Positions 1 through 10,110 of a DNA stretch of 64,000 nucleotides are shown in pieces. The DNA is taken from IMG/VR virus record IMGVR_UViG_3300032046_006283, positions 1-64,000 of that record; one strand, written 5' to 3'. The notes under the pieces are model-generated. The model was not told the DNA's origin, ran no database searches, and saw only the letters and a program-made list of their open reading frames with translations. Numbering within the stretch: the stretch's first letter is position 1; each line of letters opens with the position of its first letter. The translations under genes and the position numbers were made by a program. The stretch comes from a virus.

Positions 1-462
1 TTATATTGTTTGTTCTCTTAATACTTTCAAATAATCTAATGCTTTTTCACTATTTTTAAAAACTATACTCGCAGCCTCTACCACAAAAGCATGATTATGA
101 ATATTTCCATCTTCCATAACTACTACAGAATACTTACCTAAAATACAAGCCATAGCAAGCTCCATTACACAACCGATAGAAGTTATTTTAGAGTCAGTTA
201 AATCTAAATAAAGAATATCACATTGTCTTATCATCCAACTATCTCTTGACAAAATAGCGTGATTCGTTGCTACTTCTTCTCTATAATTTGCTGGCTTAAA
301 TCTCTCCTTTACATCTGTTCTTAAACACTTCTTCCCAGTCATAGGATGCAAAACTTCATATCCATAACTTTCCAATTCCTTTTTTACTCCTTCATAATAA
401 CTAACTACCTCATCATAAGTCAATCCTGAAATTGGATGTGCACAATAAATTTTAAAAGGCAT
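1..462 (-). CDS. Nucleoside 2-deoxyribosyltransferase-like protein
   Basis: KIYCAHPISG...DSWMIRQCDILY...SIGCVMELAMA matches the NDT/Rcl fold pattern; GGAGG RBS. Confidence 0.75.
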   Translation of the reverse strand: MPFKIYCAHPISGLTYDEVVSYYEGVKKELESYGYEVLHPMTGKKCLRTDVKERFKPANYREEVATNHAILSRDSWMIRQCDILYLDLTDSKITSIGCVMELAMACILGKYSVVVMEDGNIHNHAFVVEAASIVFKNSEKALDYLKVLREQTI

Positions 463-471
463 AATTCCTCC

Positions 472-951
472 TTACAATAAAACACCTTTTATTAAAGTTA
501 TAGCTTCTTCCATTGTATCTGTTAAAGCAATACAAAAAGAATTTATCCAAGGAGATCTGTTTTTAGAATCTCCAAAAACAAAAACAGGCCTTTTCAAAAC
601 ATAAGAAGTATAAAAAATTTCCATAGATGTTCCAAAATAAGGCCTTTGTACATTTTTTGGTAAATAAACTAAAATTCCATCACTACTTTTTATTTCTTTT
701 AAATCTTTCCACACAATATAATTACACGCCCATGGAGGATAGCTTTCAATTGAAGATTCTTTTTTAGGTATTCCTTTACCTTCCCACAAAAGTTTTATAA
801 TCATATTTTCTTTATCAAGAGGATTTATTGTTTCTATTTCTGGTTTTAACAATTCAGTAGCTTTTGATCTCCAAGCATTAGCATCAGCATAACTTAACCC
901 TTGAATACCTCCTGCTAAATATATTTTTGGCTTTTTTAATTTTGTACTCAT
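472..951 (-). CDS. Nucleoside 2-deoxyribosyltransferase-like protein (second paralog)
   Basis: KIYLAGGIQG...WR...DLKEIKSSDGILV...GTSMEI. Confidence 0.75.
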   Translation of the reverse strand: MSTKLKKPKIYLAGGIQGLSYADANAWRSKATELLKPEIETINPLDKENMIIKLLWEGKGIPKKESSIESYPPWACNYIVWKDLKEIKSSDGILVYLPKNVQRPYFGTSMEIFYTSYVLKRPVFVFGDSKNRSPWINSFCIALTDTMEEAITLIKGVLL

Positions 952-966
952 TAAAATACTCCTACT

Positions 967-1671
967 TTAAAAACTCCTTAATAAATAAATACCGTATGAG
1001 TCTTGATACAAATACACCCCACCACAATATCTTCCTAAACCTAATCCTCCCATCAAACCAGGACCGAATTTTTTAGAATATCCCCCACCTAAATCGAACC
1101 TAAAAGTTTTAAAAATAGATTTCTTTTCTTTCGCTTTATAAAACTTTACATCTGAAACTTTTAGTGTAGAATCTTGAGTATCTACATACACTCTATTTAT
1201 ATCACCAAACTTAGTCTGTGTATAGTAAACGGCAAGTAAAATAGGATCTCTAACAATAGTTAAACCCCATTTTCCAGAAGGATACAAAGCATAACCATTA
1301 ATATTATAAGGTTTGCGATATGCATTCATTATAATCCGTCCAGTATTCCCAGTATCTGGTATCACTGTTCCTTGCTGTAAAACAAAAATTATAGAGTCTT
1401 GCATTAAAGTTAATTTAGTTAAACTTTGAATTTTTTCATCTCGTACTTTTAATAATACTTTTAAGTCTTTATTTTCTGCAGCAATAGAATTTTTTTCTTC
1501 TGCAAGTTTAGAATAAAGAGTTGAATCTTCTACTATAAGACGATTTTGTCTTTGAATTTCATCTCTTAAAGATTGTTCTGTTTTTCTATGTTGGTAATTA
1601 GTATATGCAATGATACCCGCAAATAATACAACCATAGATAGAAAAATTATAACAAAAGTTTTAAAAGTCAT
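967..1671 (-). CDS. Membrane-anchored coiled-coil protein (possible lysis accessory)
   Basis: N-terminal TM helix, coiled coil, Gly/aromatic beta-rich C-terminus. Confidence 0.4.
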   Translation of the reverse strand: MTFKTFVIIFLSMVVLFAGIIAYTNYQHRKTEQSLRDEIQRQNRLIVEDSTLYSKLAEEKNSIAAENKDLKVLLKVRDEKIQSLTKLTLMQDSIIFVLQQGTVIPDTGNTGRIIMNAYRKPYNINGYALYPSGKWGLTIVRDPILLAVYYTQTKFGDINRVYVDTQDSTLKVSDVKFYKAKEKKSIFKTFRFDLGGGYSKKFGPGLMGGLGLGRYCGGVYLYQDSYGIYLLRSF

Positions 1672-1683
1672 TTTTTTTCTCCT

Positions 1684-1812
1684 TTATTTGATAAAATGTA
1701 TAAGAGCAATCAGAAGGCAAACCATAAAAGTAATGTCTCTAATTGCTTCTGGCCATTTCATATTCTGATCCTCACTTAACGTCATTTTATTGAGATCTAA
1801 ATTCTCTTTCAT
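1684..1812 (-). CDS. Small 42-aa protein with hydrophobic C-terminus
   Basis: Translated by hand: MKENLDLNK...ITFMVCLLIALIHFIK; GAGG RBS; fills an intergenic gap. Confidence 0.45.
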   Translation of the reverse strand: MKENLDLNKMTLSEDQNMKWPEAIRDITFMVCLLIALIHFIK

Positions 1813-1830
1813 TTTTCCTCCTATTCTTTT

Positions 1831-2052
1831 TTAATCTTTAATTCTTTTATAACATCTAAAACAAACTTTTTCCGGCGGGTAATCATCAGTTAAGAAAGTC
1901 TTTCTACTATGTCCAAAAATTGCACAAATAAATTTACCAAAAGTATCTTGTAAAACAAATTGCCTTGCCCATTCATACCCAAGAAGCCCACCCTCAAAGA
2001 AATTTTCTCTTCCGATCTTAGTGAATAAATTAAATCCTTGTCTATTATCCAT
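1831..2052 (-). CDS. Hypothetical protein (C..FGH...CxRC small Zn-binding)
   Basis: ORF with RBS; ICAIFGH...CFRC. Confidence 0.55.
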   Translation of the reverse strand: MDNRQGFNLFTKIGRENFFEGGLLGYEWARQFVLQDTFGKFICAIFGHSRKTFLTDDYPPEKVCFRCYKRIKD

Positions 2053-2067
2053 TTTTAGTTTTTCCTC

Positions 2068-2331
2068 CTAATCTTCTTCAACAACCTTTTTTCGAAGATT
2101 TTCTATTTGTTGAATTTTTTGAGCTTTATTCATAATTAATGTATAATCTAAACATTCCTCGAATGTAAATGCTTCTCCATTTCTATGATGTCCAGTATCA
2201 CACCAAGAACAAACATTAGTTCCTCCCATAGAAGCTTCAATTACTGGAAGACTACATATAATACAAGGTGCATTTTCATCATATTGAACTTCTATTTCAC
2301 CATCAGCTGTTTTATATTTTACAATTTTCAT
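2068..2331 (-). CDS. Hypothetical Zn-finger protein
   Basis: CIIC...CSWC; ATGA overlap with gmd. Confidence 0.55.
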   Translation of the reverse strand: MKIVKYKTADGEIEVQYDENAPCIICSLPVIEASMGGTNVCSWCDTGHHRNGEAFTFEECLDYTLIMNKAQKIQQIENLRKKVVEED

Positions 2332-3314
2332 TTTTTCTCCTTTCTAAGCCTTTCTAAATCTGATTCTACCATCATTTTCACTAATTCTTCAAATTTTACT
2401 TTTGGTTCCCAACCTAATTCTCTTTTAGCTTTACTATAATCTCCTTGAAGAACATTAACTTCAGCTGGACGATACAATGTCTTATCTAAAGATACATATT
2501 TTTTCCAATCTAAACCAACATAGTCAAAAGCTAATTCTACAAATTCTCTAATAGTATGTGTTTCTCCAGTAGCAATAACATAATCTTTAGGCTCCTTTTG
2601 TTGTAGCATCAACCACATAGCTTCTACATAATCTTTAGCATAACCCCAATCTCTTTTAGCATTCAAATTACCTAAAAATAATTTTTTAGATAATCCTAAT
2701 TTAATTTCTGCAACTCCTACAGATATTTTTCGACTTACAAATTCAAACCCCCTTCTTGGAGACTCATGATTAAATAATATTCCACTACAGGCAAACATTC
2801 CATAAGCTTCTCTATAGTTTCTCGTTAGGTCAAACCCTGCAACCTTAGAGATTCCATACGAAGATCTTGGATGAAAAGGCGTATTTTCATTTTGAGGAAC
2901 TTCTTCTGCCTCTCCAAACATTTCACTAGATCCCGCGAAATAAAACTTACACTTTGGAGCTCTTTCTTTTAAAGATGATAAAACTGAGTGCACTCCATTA
3001 ATATTTGTGTTAAGTGTAGAAAATTCATCTTCAAAAGAATAACTCACGAAACTTTGAGCAGCTAAATTATAGCACTCATTAGGTTTTACTTTCTCAACTA
3101 CACTAAATATGCTGGCATAACTCTCTAAAGAAGCGGGATGAAGAGTAATTTTGTTTAAAAGATGTCGAATACGATATAATCTATGTGCAGGATCTTCAAG
3201 AGCTACCCGGCGCACTATTCCATGGCATTCATAACCTTTTTCTAAAAGAAGTTCTAAAAGATAACTCCCGTCTTGGCCCGTGCATCCAGTGCAGAGGGCT
3301 ACTTTCTTATTCAT
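2328..3314 (-). CDS. gmd: GDP-mannose 4,6-dehydratase
   Basis: TGCTGQDGSYL, YNLAAQSFV, SSEMFG, YGISK, NHESPRRG, RDWGYAKDYV. Confidence 0.95.
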   Translation of the reverse strand: MNKKVALCTGCTGQDGSYLLELLLEKGYECHGIVRRVALEDPAHRLYRIRHLLNKITLHPASLESYASIFSVVEKVKPNECYNLAAQSFVSYSFEDEFSTLNTNINGVHSVLSSLKERAPKCKFYFAGSSEMFGEAEEVPQNENTPFHPRSSYGISKVAGFDLTRNYREAYGMFACSGILFNHESPRRGFEFVSRKISVGVAEIKLGLSKKLFLGNLNAKRDWGYAKDYVEAMWLMLQQKEPKDYVIATGETHTIREFVELAFDYVGLDWKKYVSLDKTLYRPAEVNVLQGDYSKAKRELGWEPKVKFEELVKMMVESDLERLRKEKK

Positions 3315-3323
3315 ATATTACCT

Positions 3324-3989
3324 CTAATTTATCTTCAATTTATCTTCAATTTCTTTTAAATTTTTTATAACAACTAATTTTAAATTTTTATAACCATATT
3401 CATTTAATAGTTTTCTTCTATCCTTATAATATTGTTTAAAAGATCTTTTTTCTAACCACCAACTACAAGGATGATATTCTAAAACTATTTTGTTATTTAA
3501 AAGAAAATCAAATCTTCCTAAGAAATTATGAATAACTTTATAACCTACCTTTATTAGGTAAATATAACAATTTCTTTCAGACAAAGAAGGAAAAAATTCA
3601 TTGTTGTAATGACATTTTTTACCATGACAATTTTTTAACACTTTTTGAATAATTTCTGGAGTATTATTCGTTTTAGTCATTTTTTCTCTCAATTTAGAAT
3701 CTTTCCAAGCTTTCTTTATTAAATTACTTAACTTGTTTAATACTTTAGGATCTTTCATTAATTCTTTCTGAGTTCTTAAATCATACCCATTTCGTTTAAT
3801 AATATTTCTTATAGTTTGAGGAGTACACCTATTTATTTTAGCTAATTCTAAAGTGCTTAATTTATTCTCAACATATTGTTTACAAATTTGTTGTTCTTTG
3901 ACATTTCTAAACATTTTAAGAGAATTTCTTACTTTTCTTTTATGTTCTTCTGTTTGTTTATATCCTTTTTTAGGACCTTTTTTTGACAT
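3324..3989 (-). CDS. Putative homing endonuclease (NUMOD3-like + HTH + PD-(D/E)xK-like nuclease)
   Basis: GYKQTEEHKRK; HTH QICKQYVENKLSTLELAK shared with 10171 and 34703 ORFs; C-terminal FDFLLNNKIVLEYH. Start moved to the ATG at 3989 to avoid overlap with the amidase. Confidence 0.6.
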   Translation of the reverse strand: MSKKGPKKGYKQTEEHKRKVRNSLKMFRNVKEQQICKQYVENKLSTLELAKINRCTPQTIRNIIKRNGYDLRTQKELMKDPKVLNKLSNLIKKAWKDSKLREKMTKTNNTPEIIQKVLKNCHGKKCHYNNEFFPSLSERNCYIYLIKVGYKVIHNFLGRFDFLLNNKIVLEYHPCSWWLEKRSFKQYYKDRRKLLNEYGYKNLKLVVIKNLKEIEDKLKIN

Positions 3990-3993
3990 TTTT

Positions 3994-4623
3994 TTATTTT
4001 TTAAAAGATTGCAACCAATCATATATTTCCCGCCCTGGGCACTCCGTACTACAAACATCCCGGTGCCCAAAAACGTTTTGTTTTGTTAATCCAAATGTTG
4101 CAATTAAATATTTTAATAAAATATCCAAAGAAGCTAATTGTCTTTCATCTACTGCTTGGTCATTTAGACCACCTAGTAAACACACACCAAGGCCAATAAT
4201 ATTCGATCCTTTAGCGTGCCACGTAATATCTGTAAATTCATTTGTTTGGTATACATTTCCTACTTTATCCATTATCAGAGAATAACAGATCCCTGGACAT
4301 CCTTGAGGTGAGATGTGATTTGGAGAAGTATGGTATTTTGCAATTTGTTCTATATCTTTAAATCCATTTTCTGTTGCAGTAGTTGCAGAATGATGCACAA
4401 TTATTTTCTTTATATTTTGTATTTTTCTTTGACTCCATTTACGCGTTGGATGATGAGGAAGTTTATTTATAATGTTTTCAATAGAAGGTCTAATATAAAT
4501 AGTAGGTTGTTCATTTGAAGATTCATTAGAAGGTTTTGGAGAATTATTTTCATTAGATGTAGTTTCTTGATTTTTCGGATTCTTTTTAAGTAATGCAAAA
4601 AACAAATTAATAAAATTTATCAT
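3994..4623 (-). CDS. N-acetylmuramoyl-L-alanine amidase (Amidase_2, endolysin candidate)
   Basis: IIVHHSAT, ITWHAKGSN, GVCLLG, FGHRD...TECPG. Confidence 0.88.
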   Translation of the reverse strand: MINFINLFFALLKKNPKNQETTSNENNSPKPSNESSNEQPTIYIRPSIENIINKLPHHPTRKWSQRKIQNIKKIIVHHSATTATENGFKDIEQIAKYHTSPNHISPQGCPGICYSLIMDKVGNVYQTNEFTDITWHAKGSNIIGLGVCLLGGLNDQAVDERQLASLDILLKYLIATFGLTKQNVFGHRDVCSTECPGREIYDWLQSFKK

Positions 4624-4656
4624 TTTTTATATTTAACTCCATCAATTGTTTTTGAT

Positions 4657-5127
4657 TTATGAAAAGTCCCATCTTTTCTTTATATATATTTTTCTTAATA
4701 TAAAAGGGCTGCAATTACATTTTTTAGTAGGAATCCAAAAACGTCCACACTTTTTACAACGCAACTTACTTTCTATCATTGTAGGAGCACTGCTCATAAT
4801 TATATTAATAGGAGTAATTGTACCTAATTTTTCATCTATAAGCTCAGTTTTATAATAAATAACATTCATTTGTATTTTCATATTTCTCTTTTTAAGCAAC
4901 CATTGTCCTAATTTACCATTCTTTTGAAAATATTGTTCATGTTTCCTAAACTTTGTATTTTCAGGAAAAGTAAAAACAAATTTCAAATAATTATTACTTT
5001 CTTCTCCAACAAAATGCACATATACAGGTACTAAACATTCAGCATAAAATGGAGCTTTACATATTTTTTCTTCTTTTGCTTTTCTTTTTAAAAAATTAAA
5101 CATTATTGCTCCTTTTCTCTTTTCCAA
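4657..5127 (-). CDS. Hypothetical protein
   Basis: ORF in the operon; CKKC...CNC near the C-terminus. Confidence 0.5.
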   Translation of the reverse strand: MEKRKGAIMFNFLKRKAKEEKICKAPFYAECLVPVYVHFVGEESNNYLKFVFTFPENTKFRKHEQYFQKNGKLGQWLLKKRNMKIQMNVIYYKTELIDEKLGTITPINIIMSSAPTMIESKLRCKKCGRFWIPTKKCNCSPFILRKIYIKKRWDFS

Positions 5128-5765
5128 TTATAATCTTTCCATCCCCCATATCTAACTCTATCCTTCAAGCAACTTCCTACTAAAACGCCAACAGCTTCAG
5201 GAATAGATTTACATTGTCCTGTAGTTATTCCAAAAGTAGCATCATCACCACAATCCCAACTATTTTCTCCTTTTCCTGCATGCGGTATACCTTCTGGAAT
5301 TTTAATCTCACATCGTCTTATTACTTTTCTAAACCATCGTGGATATTTCCATGTCCAATCAGCTAAAATAGCTTTTGCTGAATACACTTTCTCTGACATT
5401 GGAATAAGTATATCCCGTTCTTCAATAACCCTTTTAGTTACTTTAGCTTTACCTTTCAAAGTTCCTAATATAGGAAAATACCAATTCAAATCTCCTCGTT
5501 TCCAACCCATTGTATCAGAAAACAAGTTAACGCTTATTGAACCACCATTGTTAAACCATATTGTCAAATCAAGAGCCTTATCATAAAAATTATGTTTATA
5601 AAGTAATGAGCTAATAGCCAGGAAATCAAAAGATAAATAAAATTGAACAAAGAAGCCTAAACTAAATGTTATATGTTCACCAAAAGATAAACCTATTTGA
5701 GCCATTGGTAAAAAAGAAACTTCTACTATTATACTATTTTTGTTAAAATATATGAATTTTCTCAC
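5103..5765 (-). CDS. Hypothetical phage protein
   Basis: 220-aa ORF; GKGENSWDCGDD motif. Confidence 0.55.
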   Translation of the reverse strand: MRKFIYFNKNSIIVEVSFLPMAQIGLSFGEHITFSLGFFVQFYLSFDFLAISSLLYKHNFYDKALDLTIWFNNGGSISVNLFSDTMGWKRGDLNWYFPILGTLKGKAKVTKRVIEERDILIPMSEKVYSAKAILADWTWKYPRWFRKVIRRCEIKIPEGIPHAGKGENSWDCGDDATFGITTGQCKSIPEAVGVLVGSCLKDRVRYGGWKDYNWKREKEQ

Positions 5766-5790
5766 TTATTTTTTGTATCTCCTTTCTATT

Positions 5791-6066
5791 TTACTTTTCA
5801 GTTTTTTCTATTTTCTTAACTTCCTCTTCATAAGCGTCTAAAACGGTATCTTCTAAATCTTGCCTCATAGTTGAATTAATAGGATGACAAATATCCCTGA
5901 ACTTTTCATCTTTTCCTTTCTTATTTGGCATAGCAACAAAAAATCCTTGTTCGCCATCAATAACTTTCATTCCATGAACTACAAAGCAATCATCAAAAGT
6001 AATGTCTATAAATGCTTTGAGCCTATCCTTGTCTTTCAAAGTAACTCGCACATTGGTGATCTTCAT
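5791..6066 (-). CDS. spoVG: SpoVG family nucleic-acid-binding regulator
   Basis: MKITNVRV...LKAFIDITFDDCFVVHGMKVIDG...FVAMP...FRDICHPIN. Confidence 0.93.
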   Translation of the reverse strand: MKITNVRVTLKDKDRLKAFIDITFDDCFVVHGMKVIDGEQGFFVAMPNKKGKDEKFRDICHPINSTMRQDLEDTVLDAYEEEVKKIEKTEK

Positions 6067-6144
6067 TGTAAACTACTCCTTTTTAAAAGTTTAAAGTTGT
6101 TTTTGTTAACACTATAATATACAAATCTTTCTAAATATTTGTAA

Positions 6145-6402
6145 TCAATTTTTTCGCTTTTTTATACATCCTATAATTTTTGAAATTATTGCACATAAAG
6201 TAGCGGCAACCCATACACTATTAAACATCCAAATAGACCAAGTACCAGTGTGTATACCTACTAAAATAAAAGAAAGTCCTCCTATTAATTGCAGCCATAA
6301 ATAAATCCAGTTTTTAGCTTTAAATATTCCTAATAATAATAATATATAGGCAACAAATAAAGAAACAAATGCACTCCATTGACAGATACTACTTAAATTC
6401 AT
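6145..6402 (-). CDS. Small multi-pass membrane protein
   Basis: Three hydrophobic segments. Confidence 0.5.
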   Translation of the reverse strand: MNLSSICQWSAFVSLFVAYILLLLGIFKAKNWIYLWLQLIGGLSFILVGIHTGTWSIWMFNSVWVAATLCAIISKIIGCIKKRKN

Positions 6403-6590
6403 TTTATCCTATCCTTTTTCTCCAAATCCTCCAATCTATCAAGTATTGCTGAACCAAAAAACATCACTCCCCCCATGACCATGTGAATTTCATCATTCCT
6501 AATCAATGCTGTCATAAATATCAAAAATCCCAATAACACTACTATCTTCCATATATGTATTCTTTTCATTTTTTCCCTCCAACCATACAA
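6399..6590 (-). CDS. Small two-TM membrane protein
   Basis: Two hydrophobic segments and a charged C-terminus. Confidence 0.45.
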   Translation of the reverse strand: MYGWREKMKRIHIWKIVVLLGFLIFMTALIRNDEIHMVMGGVMFFGSAILDRLEDLEKKDRIK

Positions 6591-6693
6591 ACAAAAACCA
6601 CAACTATTGCATTGTGGTTATTTTTTAAATCTATTTTCTTCACTTTAAACCTCACTTTACTTTACTAATTTTATTACTCAAAACTTTTTTATT

Positions 6694-7587
6694 TTAAAGC
6701 TTTAAAAAATAATACATTTCTAATCTTTGAAAAGTATGTGTCATTTTTATAGCTTTCGGAATTTTAAACTTAGCATTTGACCCATCAAGCGCTTTAAAAA
6801 AAGCATTAGGATAAAATGTTTGTAAATAAGAAATAACATCTTCATACCATGCTATATTATCTATCAAACCATAATTTAAAGCTTCTTCTGGAAACAACTC
6901 TCTCCCATCACAAAAATCTGTCATTTGTGCAAGTAATTGTTCTGCTGTAGGAGTATATCCAAAATATTTAGTTATTTGTGTAACTATAACTTTTCCACGA
7001 GTAGCTAAAATTTGATTTAAAAATTCTTTATAAAATATATCTATCTCATACTGAATTCTATCTTTTTGGCATTGTTCTAAAGGAACATATGGAAAACCAG
7101 CTGCTTTATTTTTTCCACTTGTAAATAAATTATATGTAACACCTGCTTTAGAAGCTGCTTTTGAAAAATCTACATAAACAGCAAATACACCAATTGATCC
7201 TGTCATTGCTGATGGAGCACATATAATTTTCTCTGCAATTGTAGAAATCCAATATGCTCCAGAATATATTCCATTATCTGTATAAACATAAAAAGCTTTT
7301 CTATATTTTTTCTTTAATTGTTCAATTCCATGGGCCACTAATTTAGTTTCTGTAACTGAACCTCCAGGAGAATTTATTACTGCAAGAACAGCACATCCAG
7401 GTTTAGCAAAAGCATCTTCTAATAAAGGAAGCCAATCTAATGACACTACATCATCAATAGATACAACAGTAATTGTACTAAAAGCAATAGTAGTAGTAGT
7501 TTCAGTATTTTCTTTTAATTGAACATTACAACTTACTAAAAATAAAAAAAGTAAACAAACAATACAAAGAACCTTTCTCATATTCAC
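6694..7587 (-). CDS. S49 (SppA-like) peptidase with lipoprotein-type signal
   Basis: INSPGGSV, YSGAYWIS, TGSIGV, SGKNK; lipobox-like FLVSC. Confidence 0.88.
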   Translation of the reverse strand: MNMRKVLCIVCLLFLFLVSCNVQLKENTETTTTIAFSTITVVSIDDVVSLDWLPLLEDAFAKPGCAVLAVINSPGGSVTETKLVAHGIEQLKKKYRKAFYVYTDNGIYSGAYWISTIAEKIICAPSAMTGSIGVFAVYVDFSKAASKAGVTYNLFTSGKNKAAGFPYVPLEQCQKDRIQYEIDIFYKEFLNQILATRGKVIVTQITKYFGYTPTAEQLLAQMTDFCDGRELFPEEALNYGLIDNIAWYEDVISYLQTFYPNAFFKALDGSNAKFKIPKAIKMTHTFQRLEMYYFLKL

Positions 7588-7598
7588 CTTCCTTATCT

Positions 7599-7838
7599 TT
7601 ATAAGTATCTTAAAATATTTAATATACCTAAACCTATTAATATTCCAACAATAATATTAAAAATTGATCTAAAAATCTTATTACTTTTTAACTTAGAATA
7701 AAAAGCACACACTTCTTTATAAAGTTGTAAAGAACTAATTGATGCTGCACACACATATGTCCTAAAAATTATTCCTAACAAAAATCCTATTAAAAGTAGT
7801 ATTATTTGATACATTATAAAAGATATTTCTACAAACAT
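7599..7838 (-). CDS. Small membrane protein
   Basis: Two TM segments; GGAGG RBS. Confidence 0.5.
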   Translation of the reverse strand: MFVEISFIMYQIILLLIGFLLGIIFRTYVCAASISSLQLYKEVCAFYSKLKSNKIFRSIFNIIVGILIGLGILNILRYL

Positions 7839-7850
7839 TTAAAGCCTCCT

Positions 7851-8759
7851 TTACGAATCTTTTTGTTTTTCTTCTTTTTTTTCTTCTTTTTCTACCTCTT
7901 TTTCTTTTTCTGTTTCTTCTTCTTTATCTTCTAATGCTTGGTTGTTTTCTTCCTCTATTTTTTTTCTTTTTTTCTTTCGCATTTTAGAACATTGCTCCGA
8001 AGTAAATTTTGAATCAAAAATAAATTGATAACAAATTTCCTCGAGCCAATCACAAATTCTATCAATAGGAATCAAATAACACATATGAGCAACATCTTCT
8101 TCCTCACCTTTTTTTGTGTCTATTGTTTCAACCAAAGTTGATATCCCTACAAGTTCATAACTCTCTTCTTCTTTATCATTAATAACTAAAAATATACCTC
8201 CGCCAGAATTACCATCAATAATAGGGCTACTACTCATCCAATACTTTTGTTTCTCTATTTCATCATCCATAGAAGTAATTTCACCTTTAGTAGGGACTGG
8301 AGGATGCCCTAAACTACAACCACAAGCATAAACTTTATCATAAATATTTATATCTTTTACATTCTTTGAATGCATTTTTACCACATACTTAATTTGTTCA
8401 TTACTTCTTAACTTTAGTAATGCAACATCCTGGTCTCTATCATATGCAACAATATCAGCATCAATTGCAATACGCCCTACATTTCTACTAAAATTTTGAT
8501 ATTTAAAAAATTCAACAGTTATTGTTGCTCGTTTTTCTTTCTTAATATCTTTTTGAAAAACAGTATTCCATTCTTTTTTAACTTCAATTGCTTTCTCAAT
8601 CACATGATAATTAGTTAAAACATAAGTCTCGTAATCTTCAGAATCCTTCTTTATAGGTTTAGAATAAATTACAGCACCACTTCCGCAATCTTCAGTAGTT
8701 TTAATAAGAGATAAAGTATATAACATTTCTTCATGCTTTTTCTTTGTAAATTTATTCAT
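7851..8759 (-). CDS. Trypsin-like serine protease
   Basis: Catalytic triad motifs VLTNYHVI, DVALLKL, GNSGGG. Confidence 0.9.
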   Translation of the reverse strand: MNKFTKKKHEEMLYTLSLIKTTEDCGSGAVIYSKPIKKDSEDYETYVLTNYHVIEKAIEVKKEWNTVFQKDIKKEKRATITVEFFKYQNFSRNVGRIAIDADIVAYDRDQDVALLKLRSNEQIKYVVKMHSKNVKDINIYDKVYACGCSLGHPPVPTKGEITSMDDEIEKQKYWMSSSPIIDGNSGGGIFLVINDKEEESYELVGISTLVETIDTKKGEEEDVAHMCYLIPIDRICDWLEEICYQFIFDSKFTSEQCSKMRKKKRKKIEEENNQALEDKEEETEKEKEVEKEEKKEEKQKDS

Positions 8760-8772
8760 ACTTTTTAAACCT

Positions 8773-10110
8773 CTACTCTTCTAAAATTTCATTAACCTGG
8801 TCAACTATAGGGGTATTTACATCATAAACATAAGGATTTTTTATTTCTGGAATATTCTGTAAATTCAAATGATATCTAAAACTTAAACCATGTTCTTCAT
8901 GCACCCCAGCAAAAAATTGATTTGCATGAGTTCCCAAAAACAATTTGCCAACTGAAAATTCAGTTCCTCCAATTACACTTCCATTTATAATTGTTTCTCC
9001 ATCAACATCGTCTAAAGTTCCAGCGCTATGAAAGTGAGCCAAACAAACATAATCGATTTTTATATTTTTTGAACTTAGCAACGCTCTAAATCTTCCTATC
9101 ATTCTTTGAATTCCATACCACGGCATCCCTGCCCAACTATTTATATTATCTCCATGTAAAAATAAAAATGTTTTTCCTTCAATCTTTTTAATTGTCCAAA
9201 AGCTTTTAGGAAAATTAAACTTAATATTTTTTTGATCTTTTAATAATAAATTTAATAAATTGTAAGTTATATAATCCCAATTCACATATCTCTTTTTAAA
9301 TCTTATCTCTTTATGCATCCTTCCGTGATTACCTACAACACCATCTATTTCTATTTCTGGAAATACCTGAGCGAGGTCTAATAAAAACTGAGCTAATACT
9401 AAAGCAGTACCTTCTGACCATTCAATAGGAGTGTTTTCAGCAGTTTCAACCAATTCGTCGTGAATAATACCACTTACAATATCACCTAACATTCCGATTA
9501 CCAACTTTGGAAATTCATATCCTCGAAGTTTATTTAAAGTAATATCTGTAATACAATTTGCAAGGTATTTTAACCTATTTTTCATTATATCAAAATTATA
9601 AGCATTCAAATCTCCTATTTCTGCAGCCTGAACTACTTCACCAGAATGTAAATCTGATAAAAGCAACAAAGCTGTTTCTTTGGTTTTTTCAATTTTAATG
9701 GAAGGTTTTATAATTGGAATTTTAACGGTGGGCAATGCTTTAATAGTATTTCTAAGAACCTCTAAAATACTTTCTTGAAGATTTGTATCTTTATTAGCTA
9801 CTCTATATTTCGCAGCAACAATAAATAATTGAGATTTTAATTTCTGTATCTCCCTATCTTTTTCGACTAAAAGATCAATTTTTTGAGAAGGCATTTCTGT
9901 TACTTGTAATTCTTCATATACTTTTTTAGACTTTTCAGACTCACATTTATCATAAGAAATATTAAGCCTTATTAACTTATTAACAATTGCTATTGTAGTT
10001 CTATTACTTTTAAATTCTTTATTCAAAGAATCAACAAAATCTTCTGGATGAATTCCTTCTGAAATCTTCTTCTTTATAAAAGTAATTTCTTCTGGAGTCC
10101 ATTTACTCAA
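8773..10110 (-). CDS. Metallophosphoesterase with N-terminal HTH/Myb-like domain
   Basis: SDLHSG, LGDIVSG, GNHGR, LHGD, AHFH; N-terminus WTPEEITFIK. Confidence 0.8.
   Translation of the reverse strand: MSKWTPEEITFIKKKISEGIHPEDFVDSLNKEFKSNRTTIAIVNKLIRLNISYDKCESEKSKKVYEELQVTEMPSQKIDLLVEKDREIQKLKSQLFIVAAKYRVANKDTNLQESILEVLRNTIKALPTVKIPIIKPSIKIEKTKETALLLLSDLHSGEVVQAAEIGDLNAYNFDIMKNRLKYLANCITDITLNKLRGYEFPKLVIGMLGDIVSGIIHDELVETAENTPIEWSEGTALVLAQFLLDLAQVFPEIEIDGVVGNHGRMHKEIRFKKRYVNWDYITYNLLNLLLKDQKNIKFNFPKSFWTIKKIEGKTFLFLHGDNINSWAGMPWYGIQRMIGRFRALLSSKNIKIDYVCLAHFHSAGTLDDVDGETIINGSVIGGTEFSVGKLFLGTHANQFFAGVHEEHGLSFRYHLNLQNIPEIKNPYVYDVNTPIVDQVNEILEE

Noticed and set aside
3990-4070. N-terminal extension of the 3324-4070 ORF
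   Set aside because: It overlaps the catalytic C-terminus of the amidase; the ATG at 3989 is the more plausible start.
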